Notes under the pieces: generated by a model
Seen by the model: only the letters and a program-made list of their open reading frames with translations
The model's database searches: none
What the model was told of the DNA's origin: nothing
Position numbers and translations under genes: made by a program
Source: a virus
IMG/VR virus record: IMGVR_UViG_3300031759_000010
Direction: 5' to 3' (one strand)
DNA: 64,000 nt
Shown here: positions 1 through 10,300 of the stretch, one piece after another
How positions within the stretch are numbered: position 1 is the first letter of the stretch
How the letters are laid out: each line of letters begins with the position of its first letter

Positions 1-677
1 AGGTGAAGGTAAACAGCATACTCTTCAGAATCTTTCTCCGCAGTCGGGCCATCGAAAATTCCCAAGTGCTGGCCGGTGACCCTTGCGCGATCAAAAGCCT
101 GTTCCTCGGTGAGGATGTGGCCAGCGGGAGTAATGCCTGGAGTTACCATCCACTTCGTGGTGCCGGGGATAGGCGTGTTGTAGCTGAACAGCGACCCCGA
201 TTGTCCATTGGGAAAATGAACCGACGGGCGCTTGGTGATGTCAATCGTTCCCGGCGCAATCATCCCCTTCGCCTTGCTTGGCCCCGTGTTCTTCCAGGTG
301 TTAAAAAGAGGAACATCTTCCGGGCGCGGCTTCTCTCCGACGCTATATGCGCCGTCATAGGTTTTTTCGGGAGACTTCTTGGGCTCCTTTTGAGACGGAA
401 GGAGGGGATTCACGGGAGGAGTGGCTGGAGGAGGAAGTTTGGTTTCTGTTCCAGCGCCACGGAACTGCGGAGACTGCCAGTGGGTCTGGCGCTTCTGCTG
501 CTCCGTCATGACCGGGGGAGCCTGGCTCACGGGAGTGCGTGGCGGAGGGGCAGATGACTGCATCCGCGCATCGTTGCCTGTGCCAACGACCGTAGGCGAT
601 GCCCAGTGCGTGTGCTGCCTCTGCCAGTCCGTCATGTTCTGGCCCAGCGTAGTGTCGAGGTTGTTGTTGTCTTCCAT
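1..677 (-). CDS. hypothetical late-operon protein, partial (C-terminus beyond window edge)
   Basis: Frame open without stops from ATG 677-675 (overlaps upstream stop as TAATG) down to position 1. It is missing from the ORF track only because it has no stop in the window. Begins MEDNNNLDTTLGQNMTDWQ. Confidence 0.5.
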   Translation of the reverse strand, partial: MEDNNNLDTTLGQNMTDWQRQHTHWASPTVVGTGNDARMQSSAPPPRTPVSQAPPVMTEQQKRQTHWQSPQFRGAGTETKLPPPATPPVNPLLPSQKEPKKSPEKTYDGAYSVGEKPRPEDVPLFNTWKNTGPSKAKGMIAPGTIDITKRPSVHFPNGQSGSLFSYNTPIPGTTKWMVTPGITPAGHILTEEQAFDRARVTGQHLGIFDGPTAEKDSEEYAVYLH

Positions 678-3001
678 TACGCAGCCTCAATTTGTCCAGT
701 CTCGTGATTATAGACGTGAGTGTAGTTCTTCGATTGCGGTTCGGGTGCCTTCTCCTTGCCGCCCTCGGGGGACTCTACATCTTTCAGCTTCTCCTCTTTC
801 TTGGGCTCCTCTTTTTTCTTGGGAGCCGGAGAAACACCACGCGCCACAATCATCAGACGCCGCATGGCAACCCTCAGCTCCGCAGGAGTTTTTGCCTTGC
901 TCAGGGCCCTCATGGCGCTCACTCCGTCAATATCGGTCATGGCGATAACCAGCCTCTGCTCTCCAATCTTCTGGATGGCAAAACCAAGCAACGCGCCCAT
1001 CTCGAACCCTGTCGCAAGAGAACCGGAGAGCATACCAATGCCGCCTCCAATGGCTCCACCCACGGCCGCTCCAGTGAGATTCCCAGACAACCCGGAGATA
1101 AAGTGCGTGATTGCACGAGAGCGGGAGATTGACTCGCCGGAACTCATTCCCGGGGTGGCATCCTGAGAGCGCTTGATAATCTCCGCGCACTCGCGAAGGT
1201 TGGTAATCTGCCTGGCGTTGAACGCCTCTTCAAGAATACCGTCATCATACAAGGTGTTCAGAGTCCTGACCAGCCTCCTGCCCTGCATCTCGGTAGGAAC
1301 CTGCTTGATAAGTGGATCCTTGATGACACCTTCAGGAGTTCCCTCGGTGTCCTTCTTTAAAGCATCGGAGATCTCGGAAAGAGCATACCCCTTCGACCAT
1401 AGCTTGTTTGCCTCCATCCAGTTCTCATACATATCCGAGTCCTTGAAGGCAACCTTGGCATCCTCATTCATGGTCCTGATTTCTTTTCCGACCTCGTAAG
1501 AGGTTTTTGCGTCATTCGCGTCCAGCGCCGCTCTTTGCATCTTGAGAAGCTGCGAGCGAACCTCCATATACGTTTGCAGTGGCTGTTTCGCCATCTTCAT
1601 CGGCTCGATGCGAAGGTTTCCTTCCTTGATGGCCTTCTCTATCGTTGACTGGCCGTAATCGAGTTTGTGAACCAGGTTGCCGTTCCTGTCAACAAGGAAA
1701 TTCTTCTCCTCTTCTGCGGAATCAATTTTGATGCCAAATTTCTCGGCCCTCGCAATGGCCGTCTTGACCAAGGAGCTGGCATCCGCCCAATCCTTTGGAA
1801 CGTATTCCAAAGAGCGGTCCATGGCAGCATAGATCGGCTTGGCTCTCATAAAAGACGCGGTTGCCGCATCCTTCATGGCCGCCCCGGGCTCATATTGAAT
1901 CGGCCCGGTCATGCCGGAGGTTTCACGGGCAACATCGCGAATCACCTGCTTCAGGGCTGCCTGCTGTGCCAGTCCAACCTTTGCCCAATGCTTTCTTCCA
2001 ACACCAGACTTCTTCAGGTTGGTTGCGATGTCTCCGGCGCGGCTTTGCGGGTCTTTTTCTATGATGGTAACTGGAACCTTTGTTCCGTTGATATCAACCT
2101 CGGATGGCTTGATATCTCCGACGACCTTCTCTACCACCTTGTCGCCAATCTTTGATGCGGCCTCTTTGACGAACTCTTTTCCCGGGAACCTTTTTAATCC
2201 TAAAGCATAGAGGGGTATATCCACCAACCCGCGCCCCCACGCCCCGGAGATGTCTCCGCGATCCATGGCATCGTTGATGTTAAGAGCTACCCCGGCAATT
2301 CCAGCAATAGGAGTGACAGATGCCGCTAAAGTAGTACCGCCGCGAATATACTCCAGCATTTTGACAAGATCATTACCTTTCGGGATATCATTGTGCGCCT
2401 GAACGATATACCTCTCTGCCTCTTCCGCAGCCGCCTGGCGCGACCCCATTTCGGATTTCGCAAAGCGCTCTGCGGCAATCGCGGCCGGAGCGACAGGAGG
2501 ATCCACCTTGAACATGATTTTCTCTGCGGGAGTCGCAGGCGGAGCAAGCATGGATGCCGCCCCCTCCGGAATACCCTTCAGTTCCGCTTTTACGTTCGCC
2601 CAAAGTCCAACAGGGGGCGCGTTCTCTTTTTCCACCTTAGGGCCATGTGCAACATCGTGCTCATACTGCCTCTTCAGGTCCGGGTCAGTGAAGTCATATC
2701 CAAGCTCTTTGGCCTCCCCCACCTTTCCATACAGAACACTCACCGGCTTGCCGCCGCCCTTGGGGCGCATCAGGTAGTGGCCCTGCGGCTCCTTGTCTTT
2801 CTGTTGATCGGCCCAATACGTCTCTTGCAGCTTCGAGACATTGCTCTTGATCCTTTCATCATCAAGATGAGCATACTCCGGAAAGGCTGACCTGAACTTG
2901 GCGGGGTCAGACATGTTTTCCAAGATGCGTCCATCGCCCCAATCCTTGAGGCCCGGATACCTCTTGCGAACATCCTCTATTGGATTCCAACGATCAGGCA
3001 T
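677..3001 (-). CDS. hypothetical large virion-operon protein (774 aa)
   Basis: Track ORF, co-directional and tightly packed with neighbours. Gly-rich hydrophobic segment GAAVGGAIGGGIGMLSGSLATGF and a K/E-rich tail. No catalytic motif recognised. Confidence 0.6.
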   Translation of the reverse strand: MPDRWNPIEDVRKRYPGLKDWGDGRILENMSDPAKFRSAFPEYAHLDDERIKSNVSKLQETYWADQQKDKEPQGHYLMRPKGGGKPVSVLYGKVGEAKELGYDFTDPDLKRQYEHDVAHGPKVEKENAPPVGLWANVKAELKGIPEGAASMLAPPATPAEKIMFKVDPPVAPAAIAAERFAKSEMGSRQAAAEEAERYIVQAHNDIPKGNDLVKMLEYIRGGTTLAASVTPIAGIAGVALNINDAMDRGDISGAWGRGLVDIPLYALGLKRFPGKEFVKEAASKIGDKVVEKVVGDIKPSEVDINGTKVPVTIIEKDPQSRAGDIATNLKKSGVGRKHWAKVGLAQQAALKQVIRDVARETSGMTGPIQYEPGAAMKDAATASFMRAKPIYAAMDRSLEYVPKDWADASSLVKTAIARAEKFGIKIDSAEEEKNFLVDRNGNLVHKLDYGQSTIEKAIKEGNLRIEPMKMAKQPLQTYMEVRSQLLKMQRAALDANDAKTSYEVGKEIRTMNEDAKVAFKDSDMYENWMEANKLWSKGYALSEISDALKKDTEGTPEGVIKDPLIKQVPTEMQGRRLVRTLNTLYDDGILEEAFNARQITNLRECAEIIKRSQDATPGMSSGESISRSRAITHFISGLSGNLTGAAVGGAIGGGIGMLSGSLATGFEMGALLGFAIQKIGEQRLVIAMTDIDGVSAMRALSKAKTPAELRVAMRRLMIVARGVSPAPKKKEEPKKEEKLKDVESPEGGKEKAPEPQSKNYTHVYNHETGQIEAA

Positions 3002-3007
3002 AGATTA

Positions 3008-4651
3008 TTACCATCCATCAGGCATAGATTTCGGAGCAGAACCCGCAGGTGCCGGTTGCGTAACAACTCCGGGAGTTATCCTCTTCCTGTTCAACGAAGA
3101 TGATCCAACTGCCGAAACAGCATCAGGGTTGAACTCTTCAGCGCCAGACAAAAATGCCTCGCGCCTTGCTTTCATTTTATCTGCCGCAGATTTGATGATG
3201 GAGGCCATCTGCTTCCGTTGGGTGTCGTCGTAAAGAGTACCGCTTCCCCATCTCTCCGCATTAGCGGTCGCAGCATCCGCCCATCCACGAGAACCCTGAA
3301 TCAACTTTTGTTCCTGTTGCGTAAAGCGAATACCAGCACCACTCCCGGGAGCAGCATCCTTGGCAACCTCAAAGAAGGCAAGCGTAAGCGCAACATCTCC
3401 CGGGCCGGTCGGATTGGATATGTAATCATCGGCAGCGCTTGCGGTGGTTTCAATCTTATCCATTGGGGCAAGTTGCTTCTGAAAAGCGAGAAAGTCTTTC
3501 AGGTTTGTCTCAGACCTCCTCAACTGATAATTCAAGTCGGCCAAGTGGGATGCGTGGCCCGCCAACGCCATGCGCTTGGAAGCATACGGGTTCTTGCTGT
3601 CGTAGCGAGACTTGTAAAACTGTCCCTCCTCGTTCCACCCCCACTCACTCACTGGCTTGCTGATAGACTTCGCAAACAGTTCTTTGTCCTGATCCTCCGC
3701 GCTCTTCTTGGCTGTCGAGGCAAACGTCAGACCTGGAGGGATGCTGGAGCTTACCTTTCCACTTGGATCCTTGTACTCCCCACTGTTCTCGTTATAGAAG
3801 TATGGGTAGTGCTGCCCAGACTCGTCCACCATGTCAAGTTTCTTCCACTTTTCCTTCTCGACGATTGGAGAAAGGGTCTCTGTCAATCTCTGCAATTCAC
3901 CATCTTCTTCTTCACCCCGGTGGCTCTTCAACAGTAAGGCCTCGCGCCTGTCCATCAGTTCTTTGGTCTTCTTCGCGGATGAGAATTGCGAGTCTTCTAG
4001 TTGAATCGCCTGCGCCGCCTGGTGAGCTTGCTGCGCCACTCCAAGAAGGGTTCCATAGACCGGCGGAGGCATCTTTGACCACATCTCGATGATTCCCTCC
4101 CGCTTCGTGGCGGGATCGGGAGACTGGGCCTTCTGCTGAGGAGTCATTTCATCCTGCTTCTTGCCGCCCTTTTTCTTTTTCCCGTCATCCCATTGCGACA
4201 CGCGAAACTGCTTGACCTTTCCCCACGCGTTATCCACCAGAGCCTTGTCGTCATGAAGGAGCTTGAAGTCCTCGTCAGTCATGCCCTCCGGCTTCTGGTT
4301 GGGGTTCTGCATGAGCTTCTGGATGTCTTCCGGCTTGACGCTCTTCTGAACGGCACCGGCAATCGTCCCCTGGAGCTTCTGCGCCGCCATCGTGTAGAGG
4401 GCGACATTGGTCTTGTCGGTACGATCAAGCTCCTTGGCTTGCTTCTCCTGAGCCTGTGCCCTTCCAGCCATGATGCCGCGCATCACGGAATCAAGGACAG
4501 ATGCCACGCCTCCAGCCTTGGTCGGAGCCACCGAAAACTGCTTCGTCTCCGGAGCAGGAATAGGAGAAGGACTCGGCTCCCTCAGCGGAGGAAGCTCTGG
4601 TGCTTGATAAGGAGTCGGATTGGTTGGATCATACTGTGCCACATTTGCCAT
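3008..4651 (-). CDS. hypothetical virion-operon protein (547 aa)
   Basis: Track ORF, 6 nt from the next gene. No motif recognised. Confidence 0.6.
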   Translation of the reverse strand: MANVAQYDPTNPTPYQAPELPPLREPSPSPIPAPETKQFSVAPTKAGGVASVLDSVMRGIMAGRAQAQEKQAKELDRTDKTNVALYTMAAQKLQGTIAGAVQKSVKPEDIQKLMQNPNQKPEGMTDEDFKLLHDDKALVDNAWGKVKQFRVSQWDDGKKKKGGKKQDEMTPQQKAQSPDPATKREGIIEMWSKMPPPVYGTLLGVAQQAHQAAQAIQLEDSQFSSAKKTKELMDRREALLLKSHRGEEEDGELQRLTETLSPIVEKEKWKKLDMVDESGQHYPYFYNENSGEYKDPSGKVSSSIPPGLTFASTAKKSAEDQDKELFAKSISKPVSEWGWNEEGQFYKSRYDSKNPYASKRMALAGHASHLADLNYQLRRSETNLKDFLAFQKQLAPMDKIETTASAADDYISNPTGPGDVALTLAFFEVAKDAAPGSGAGIRFTQQEQKLIQGSRGWADAATANAERWGSGTLYDDTQRKQMASIIKSAADKMKARREAFLSGAEEFNPDAVSAVGSSSLNRKRITPGVVTQPAPAGSAPKSMPDGW

Positions 4652-4711
4652 TTTTATCTCCTACGTCCTAATTCACCGACCGCCAACACCACCAAATATG
4701 CCACCACCACC

Positions 4712-5323
4712 TCACTTTCCACCGCCACCGCCCCCATGGGCAATACCGGCCGCGCCCATGGTGGCGGCATCTCCAGCCAGAGAAGTAAACGCCCCCAGCG
4801 TCTGACCCTTCTGCTGAAGCTGAAGCTGTTGGGTTTCAAGCTGCTGGCTCCCCATGGTTGAGGAGAGGTTTCCTGCGGCACTGGTTCCCTGGATACCAAG
4901 ACTTCCCGCTCCCTGTGAAAGGCCTACAGTCTGAGATCCTATCTGGCCGAGCGCATTGAAGGATCCCAGGTAACCCTGCGTGGCAGCCGCGCCCACGTCT
5001 GCCCCCTGCTTGGCAGATACGCCCTCCAAGGCGAGATTCTTTTCGCCGCCCGCCGGAGCGTTCTGCATGATGTTTTGTTTGGCACCGGCCGCAGCCTCGT
5101 TGACCTGTTGCTCGATAGGAGCAATGGCCGTGTGAATCGCGGAGGGAGATCCGCTGGCTTCAGCCTGATAAAACTGATTGGCGGCGCTGATACCCTGAAT
5201 CCCGGTCTCGTACATCTGGTTCGACTGGGACATGAAGTTGTTGGCATTCCGCGTCAGAGCGTTGACATCTGCCGTCTGGGCGCTGGTAGTGCTTGGGGAT
5301 ATCCCGATATTTGGTTTTCCCAC
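4712..5323 (-). CDS. hypothetical Q/G/A-rich protein with poly-Gly C-terminus
   Basis: Track ORF. Low-complexity composition, ends GIAHGGGGGGK. Confidence 0.5.
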   Translation of the reverse strand: MGKPNIGISPSTTSAQTADVNALTRNANNFMSQSNQMYETGIQGISAANQFYQAEASGSPSAIHTAIAPIEQQVNEAAAGAKQNIMQNAPAGGEKNLALEGVSAKQGADVGAAATQGYLGSFNALGQIGSQTVGLSQGAGSLGIQGTSAAGNLSSTMGSQQLETQQLQLQQKGQTLGAFTSLAGDAATMGAAGIAHGGGGGGK

Positions 5324-5368
5324 AGGAGGTTACCTCAGTAACATCCTAGACCAAAACACCGGCAACGA

Positions 5369-5983
5369 CTAGGTTTGCAGCATCCATTGTGTCAAACGAA
5401 TCTCAAAATCCTCTCGGGAAAGAGTGGAGATAACACCTCCCACCAAGCCATCTCCTCGGGCAATCATCTTGGGAACTGTCGCCAGATCCCTGAAGCCAAA
5501 CCGTTTCAGGTAGTTGGCGGACAGATGATTGTCTTCGTAGCGCTGTGCGTGGATATAGAGCAGGTTCATCTCATTGAAGAGGTGAGAAATTCCGAGCCAG
5601 GTCATAATCTCCTGGTCTTCTGTCCCCCACGTCCACCGAATGAAACCGTAGGCCCCAAAAGCGGAGCGCTCCTTGCCGCCCATCACGGATACCGTCCAAA
5701 CCATCCCGCCGGTTCTGAAGACGTCCCCCTCCCACTTGCCCATAATCACCATGGGCTGCATGGCTAGATAGGTAGTTATCGCGTCGAAGGATAGATCTTT
5801 CACGCCGCAAAACATGGCCTGGAGGTTTTCCCGGCGATAAACAGAGCGCCTGCCACCGGCCAAGGCAAAATAGAGGTTGCCGAGGAATCCGTCTGGAAAG
5901 ATGGGATTATTGCGGTCGTACCGGATCGCCTGCCAATCACCAATCCGGTAGTTCTCTTTCTTTAGTTCGTCGAAGATGGACAT
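5369..5983 (-). CDS. hypothetical protein (204 aa)
   Basis: Track ORF. The ATG directly follows the TAG-fused palindrome at 5983-5996. Confidence 0.6.
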   Translation of the reverse strand: MSIFDELKKENYRIGDWQAIRYDRNNPIFPDGFLGNLYFALAGGRRSVYRRENLQAMFCGVKDLSFDAITTYLAMQPMVIMGKWEGDVFRTGGMVWTVSVMGGKERSAFGAYGFIRWTWGTEDQEIMTWLGISHLFNEMNLLYIHAQRYEDNHLSANYLKRFGFRDLATVPKMIARGDGLVGGVISTLSREDFEIRLTQWMLQT

Positions 5984-5996
5984 TCCGTATACGGAC
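5983..5996. promoter_or_regulatory. palindrome tTCCGTATACGGAC (13 of 14), fused to a TAG stop
   Basis: Gene-sense reads CAG TAG TCCGTATACGGA ATG, between the stop of 5996-6259 and the start of 5369-5983. Confidence 0.5.
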
Positions 5997-6259
5997 TACT
6001 GTGGACGCCCGGGGATGGCGATATTCGATGGGCCGGAAAGTTCGCGCACCGCGTGGTTCAGAGTCGCCACAACGTTCATCAGCAGAACCGTCCTCTGGTC
6101 AGCGATGGCCAGCTCACGCTTGCCGATGGCATCGGTAACCACATCATCAAGAAACAGCTTGATCTGGTTGACAGCCCGGGCGATCTGGGCAACAGATGCC
6201 CCTGGCTCCAGAGTGATGGACGGAAGAGTATTACCGACAGGCATCGTTACAAGCGACAC
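5996..6259 (-). CDS. hypothetical small protein
   Basis: Track ORF 5996-6373 trimmed to the GTG at 6259, which follows AGGAGGA and lies just after the upstream stop. Start is uncertain. Confidence 0.4.
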   Translation of the reverse strand: MSLVTMPVGNTLPSITLEPGASVAQIARAVNQIKLFLDDVVTDAIGKRELAIADQRTVLLMNVVATLNHAVRELSGPSNIAIPGRPQ

Positions 6260-6267
6260 ATTTCCTC

Positions 6268-6540
6268 CTAAAACGTCAAAACATTTCCCTTGAGAGATTC
6301 TACAGCATCCGACATGGCCGTAACCTCGCGGCTGCGCCCCATCTCTCCGGCGTGACGATCCCTCAACCAGCACCCGATAGCCCTTTGGATGCTTTCCTTG
6401 GTGGGAGATCCTGCTCCGTGGTAGTTGCTGATCAGAGAATCCACATCAATCCATGCAGGCTCACACACGCCATTCACATGAACATGAACAGCAATCTCGC
6501 CGGTCTGCCGATCAAACTCCGAATTGAGAATCCGCAACAT
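6268..6540 (-). CDS. hypothetical small protein
   Basis: Track ORF 6268-6639 trimmed to internal Met 34 to avoid overlap with the upstream gene. Start is uncertain. Confidence 0.4.
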   Translation of the reverse strand: MLRILNSEFDRQTGEIAVHVHVNGVCEPAWIDVDSLISNYHGAGSPTKESIQRAIGCWLRDRHAGEMGRSREVTAMSDAVESLKGNVLTF

Positions 6541-6610
6541 GCCTATAGCATGGCACGGCCGCTGCGTCAAAGTCAAAACATTTCTGCGGTCAATTCGTCT
6601 GATCGATTGT

Positions 6611-7087
6611 CTAGCTCGGTGCCGTGAAAGCCGTAACAATGCCGTTCTTGAAGGTCAATGACCCGTTCGATCCGCCGCCTGTCAGCTTGGCCAGAACCAC
6701 GGTTCCACTCGCCCCACTCTGCGTCAACTGATTGAATTGAAGCTGGAGTCCGGTGAGACCCTTCAGGGCGCTCGGTCCGCCAAGGTCCAACTGGGGGCCG
6801 AGGGCTGGGGCGCTATACGAACTGTTCGCGTGAGACAGAGAAACGGCATCCGTGGGGTTCTCTGGCTTTGCCAGGCCCGTTAGCTTACCCCCGGCCACAT
6901 CCACACCGGCAGGAAGAACGGACGGGCCTACGGCCCCATTCGCCAGATTGGCGGCGTTGACAATCTGATCCATGAACTGGTTGAAATATGCCAACCCCCC
7001 CTCTGGAGCCAAATCCTCGGGGCGGAAGTTGGGCCTTTGAATAGGAACCGGATTGCTCTTTGTGGGCGCAACACTGCCTTTTGCCAT
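6611..7087 (-). CDS. hypothetical protein (158 aa)
   Basis: Track ORF in the late operon. Confidence 0.55.
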   Translation of the reverse strand: MAKGSVAPTKSNPVPIQRPNFRPEDLAPEGGLAYFNQFMDQIVNAANLANGAVGPSVLPAGVDVAGGKLTGLAKPENPTDAVSLSHANSSYSAPALGPQLDLGGPSALKGLTGLQLQFNQLTQSGASGTVVLAKLTGGGSNGSLTFKNGIVTAFTAPS

Positions 7088-7095
7088 ATATCCTC

Positions 7096-7305
7096 CTACG
7101 CCATCAAGCCGACGCTGCGGCTCGGTCTACGCCGGTCCTCATACCACTTCTCGCAGTCTGTAAGGCGATGAATGGAGAGTTCGAAGATATCGCGGCTCTC
7201 CATATGAGCCGCCCCGCACGAGTTGCAGTACGGGTGGTGGTCAATAAGCCACACGCAGCGCTTGCGGCGATTGTTGCACTTGAAGCAAAGGAGCCTTACG
7301 GTCAT
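7096..7305 (-). CDS. small Cys-rich (zinc-ribbon-like) protein
   Basis: CFKC...CNSC pairs in 69 aa. 4-nt overlap with the upstream 1442-aa gene. Confidence 0.45.
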   Translation of the reverse strand: MTVRLLCFKCNNRRKRCVWLIDHHPYCNSCGAAHMESRDIFELSIHRLTDCEKWYEDRRRPSRSVGLMA

Positions 7306-10300
7306 GTCGTCAAATCCGCCTGTTTATATCCAACCGACTCAAGGCAGGCCTTCCACCAAAGCTGAGGAGACTGCCACATTTGGAAGCCCGTAGACCCCGA
7401 GGCGATGTTTCCCACCATTCTGAAGTCGCGCAGCTTGATTGCCGGGAAACGAACGCGCACCGTCGCGCGTCCAGGTTCTGCCGGGAGAGTGAAAGTGTAA
7501 TAGGGGACCGTTGATCCGTCGGCATACAAGCCAAACGTCACGGCCAGTGCACTCGTGTAATCAAACACGCACTGCTTGACCAGCTTGTTAAGCTCGGTCC
7601 CGCCAAGAATCCAGTAAGTGTCAAACGTGTAGCGGAACGCCGCCAGCTCGGCCGCGTATACGTTCTCCTGATAGAGAATAGGAGCCACGGTGACCGGCAT
7701 GGTGTGAGTCAGAGACATGCGGTACCCCTGCTGCCCAAGACCGGCATTGACCTCAAGCTGCACTTTCTGGCGAGAGGTTGTTGACGCCGTGGCCAGCGGG
7801 ACGGTAACCGAACCATCATCGAAGGTCAGCGAAGTCGTCATCACCTGACCCTGGGTGTTTACGTCCGTCTCGATCACGTTCCACTGCTTCGGATAGTGGG
7901 GCTTCCCAAGATCCTGATATGGCATCTGGATTGCGATGTTGATTGGGTTCTTGAGAAGGTATCCCGAGTACCACCCTCCATCGTCGTAATCCATTGAGTA
8001 CACCTGATCCTGAACAATGGCGTAGTTCCCGGCGGAGATGAGATATGAGCCCAAAAAGGTGTTTGTGTCGCGCTCCCACAACATCGCCGTCATCGGCAAA
8101 GAGTCGTTCCTGAAGCGCTTGTATACCGTGTCGTAGATCAGGCGATAACGCAAACCGCTCAGAGAGATGTAGGAAACATACACCTCGTTGTTGTAGTAGC
8201 ACATCACATCGTTTGCGGCTTGAGAGTTGTCGGCCAGAGGAAGTGGCGTGAGTGGATTGTTGCGGTATACCCACTCCACGGGAAGGCTCATATACGCGCC
8301 CTCCGAACCTTTGAACTCGCGCAGCCCGTCCGCCGCACGATACCAGATTGCCCCCTCCGTCTGAGTCCACCCTTGCTGGGCCACAATGCCATGCTGTGAG
8401 CCCGTTGGCTGCGCGATGGGGTTTGCCCCACCCTGGATGACATACCAGGTCGTCAGAGTGCCAACAAAGAGCGTTCCGCGCCAGTTGATCACCGCGTTGA
8501 TTGGATCCGACGGGGTGGATACGTTCAGGTAGTTCTCTGGACCAAAGTTTTCCGGCTGCCCCGGCTTCGAGAAGTAAAGATATCCGGGGTTGTTTTTGTC
8601 TCCGGCCAGCCACACGCGATTGTACGCAAGGGCGCACAGGTTACATGGTTGGCGAGGAACGGCATAGACGTTTACCGGCTCTCCCTGATTGTGCTTCAGG
8701 CGGAGGATCGCATAAAACGTGGTCGTCGTGCTGGTTGTTCCTCCAACCTGAGTAATTGCCACCTCCTCCAGGTTTGAAGGGTTGCCGACAATAACAATTT
8801 GATTGACGACCAATCCCGAATACACGCCATTGACTGTCACCGCCTGCGGAGAAAAGGTGCTATAGGCGGAGTTAAGACCAGCCTGGGTGGTGGACAGTGC
8901 GAGTGTGGTCTGAATCGGGTTCACGAGAGAGCTTGTGACCGGCGGGTCGTTGTCTTCCACCAGAATCTGCGCCTGACCAACATAGGAATCGGAGATCACA
9001 TCCTTGAACACATATTGGCCGCCGCCGGTAATGTTGGGAATCTGTCCCACCTGAACCCAGTCCTGGGAAAGAACTCCGCCACGGCGATAGTTGCGAACAT
9101 GAGTCACCTGCGGATCGGAAGAATACTGGCCAGTCACCCGAACAGCCTGACGAAGAACCGTCAGCGGATCTGTTGAGGCGAGATATCCGAAATCCTCATT
9201 GAAGGTCTGTTCTGGACACGGAGAAGACTCCGTTCCGGTGTTCGCGTTGTAATAGGTTTGGCGGTAATCGTACCCCACTCCAGCAAAAGACGATAGACCA
9301 TACCCCCACTGCAAATACAGGCCGTTGACAGAAAACGTAACCCCCCCTGTATTGGTGTTGGTGGTAACGCCAAGGGTCCACCCGGTGACGTTCGACCAAT
9401 TCAATCCGGGTTGACCGGCCTGTCCGACCGGCAAAAAATCTCCCCTCCTCATGTAGCAAGCAGACCAGGAACCAGCGCCTGAAGAGATATTAGATGGCTG
9501 AATCTGTGCCGAGATAGACCCCGGAGGCTGACCAGTAACCAGGTTGAGGCTGTCAGCTAGAATCTGCTGCTCCGTTGCCGAATATGCCAGTTGGGTCTCT
9601 GCGACCGCCTGCTGGTAATAGGCTGGCGAAATGAACTTGGTGTAGTAGTTGACCGGATTGCCTAGATTGCTTGCCCCAACCCAGAATTGAAGCTGAATCT
9701 GAGACACATTGATAGGTGCCGATGTAAGGAGCGTTAACACAATCAGGTCGTCATCGGTAACCTGATTGTTCTGGTTCAGGTCAAGGGCAACCGTTCTTGA
9801 GATGGTTCCAGTTGTTGGGGTTGATCCGCTACTTGCCGCCACGGTCCCAGACCACGCGCCAATAGGAAAACTGTTCAACGTGCTCGATGCGGTTCCGCTG
9901 TCAGAGGTAGACCCAACAGCTCCCGGGGTAAACGACGAATTGCTTGCCGTAAAGGTCGATCCGGTCGAGGCCACCGTGAACAGAAGACCATTCATCTGAA
10001 GCCCAATGGTTGTGCTTAGTCCGGCGATCAAAACCACCTGTCCAGAAACAAAGGAATTGGACGCAGTAACAAAGCTGACCACATTCCCGGCCGACACAGA
10101 GTACGATGTAATCGCCGCCGACACGGTAGACCCAACAGGAACCCACTGATAGAAACCCCAAGCCGTCATCTGAGATGGATAGGGAGTCGTGTACTGGTTG
10201 GACAAAGCGCAGGCATATGGAGACGACGCTCCTCCAGTAACATACCCCCCAGTGGCTCCAATGATCGTTGCCGAAGTAAATGGAATGGTGAATGTGTTCG

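Noticed and set aside
3-948. Plus-strand and minus-strand track ORFs at the left edge (3-557, 355-690, 421-948).
   Set aside because: They are replaced by the open-ended minus-strand frame starting at ATG 677, which is translationally coupled to the upstream gene and has more protein-like composition.
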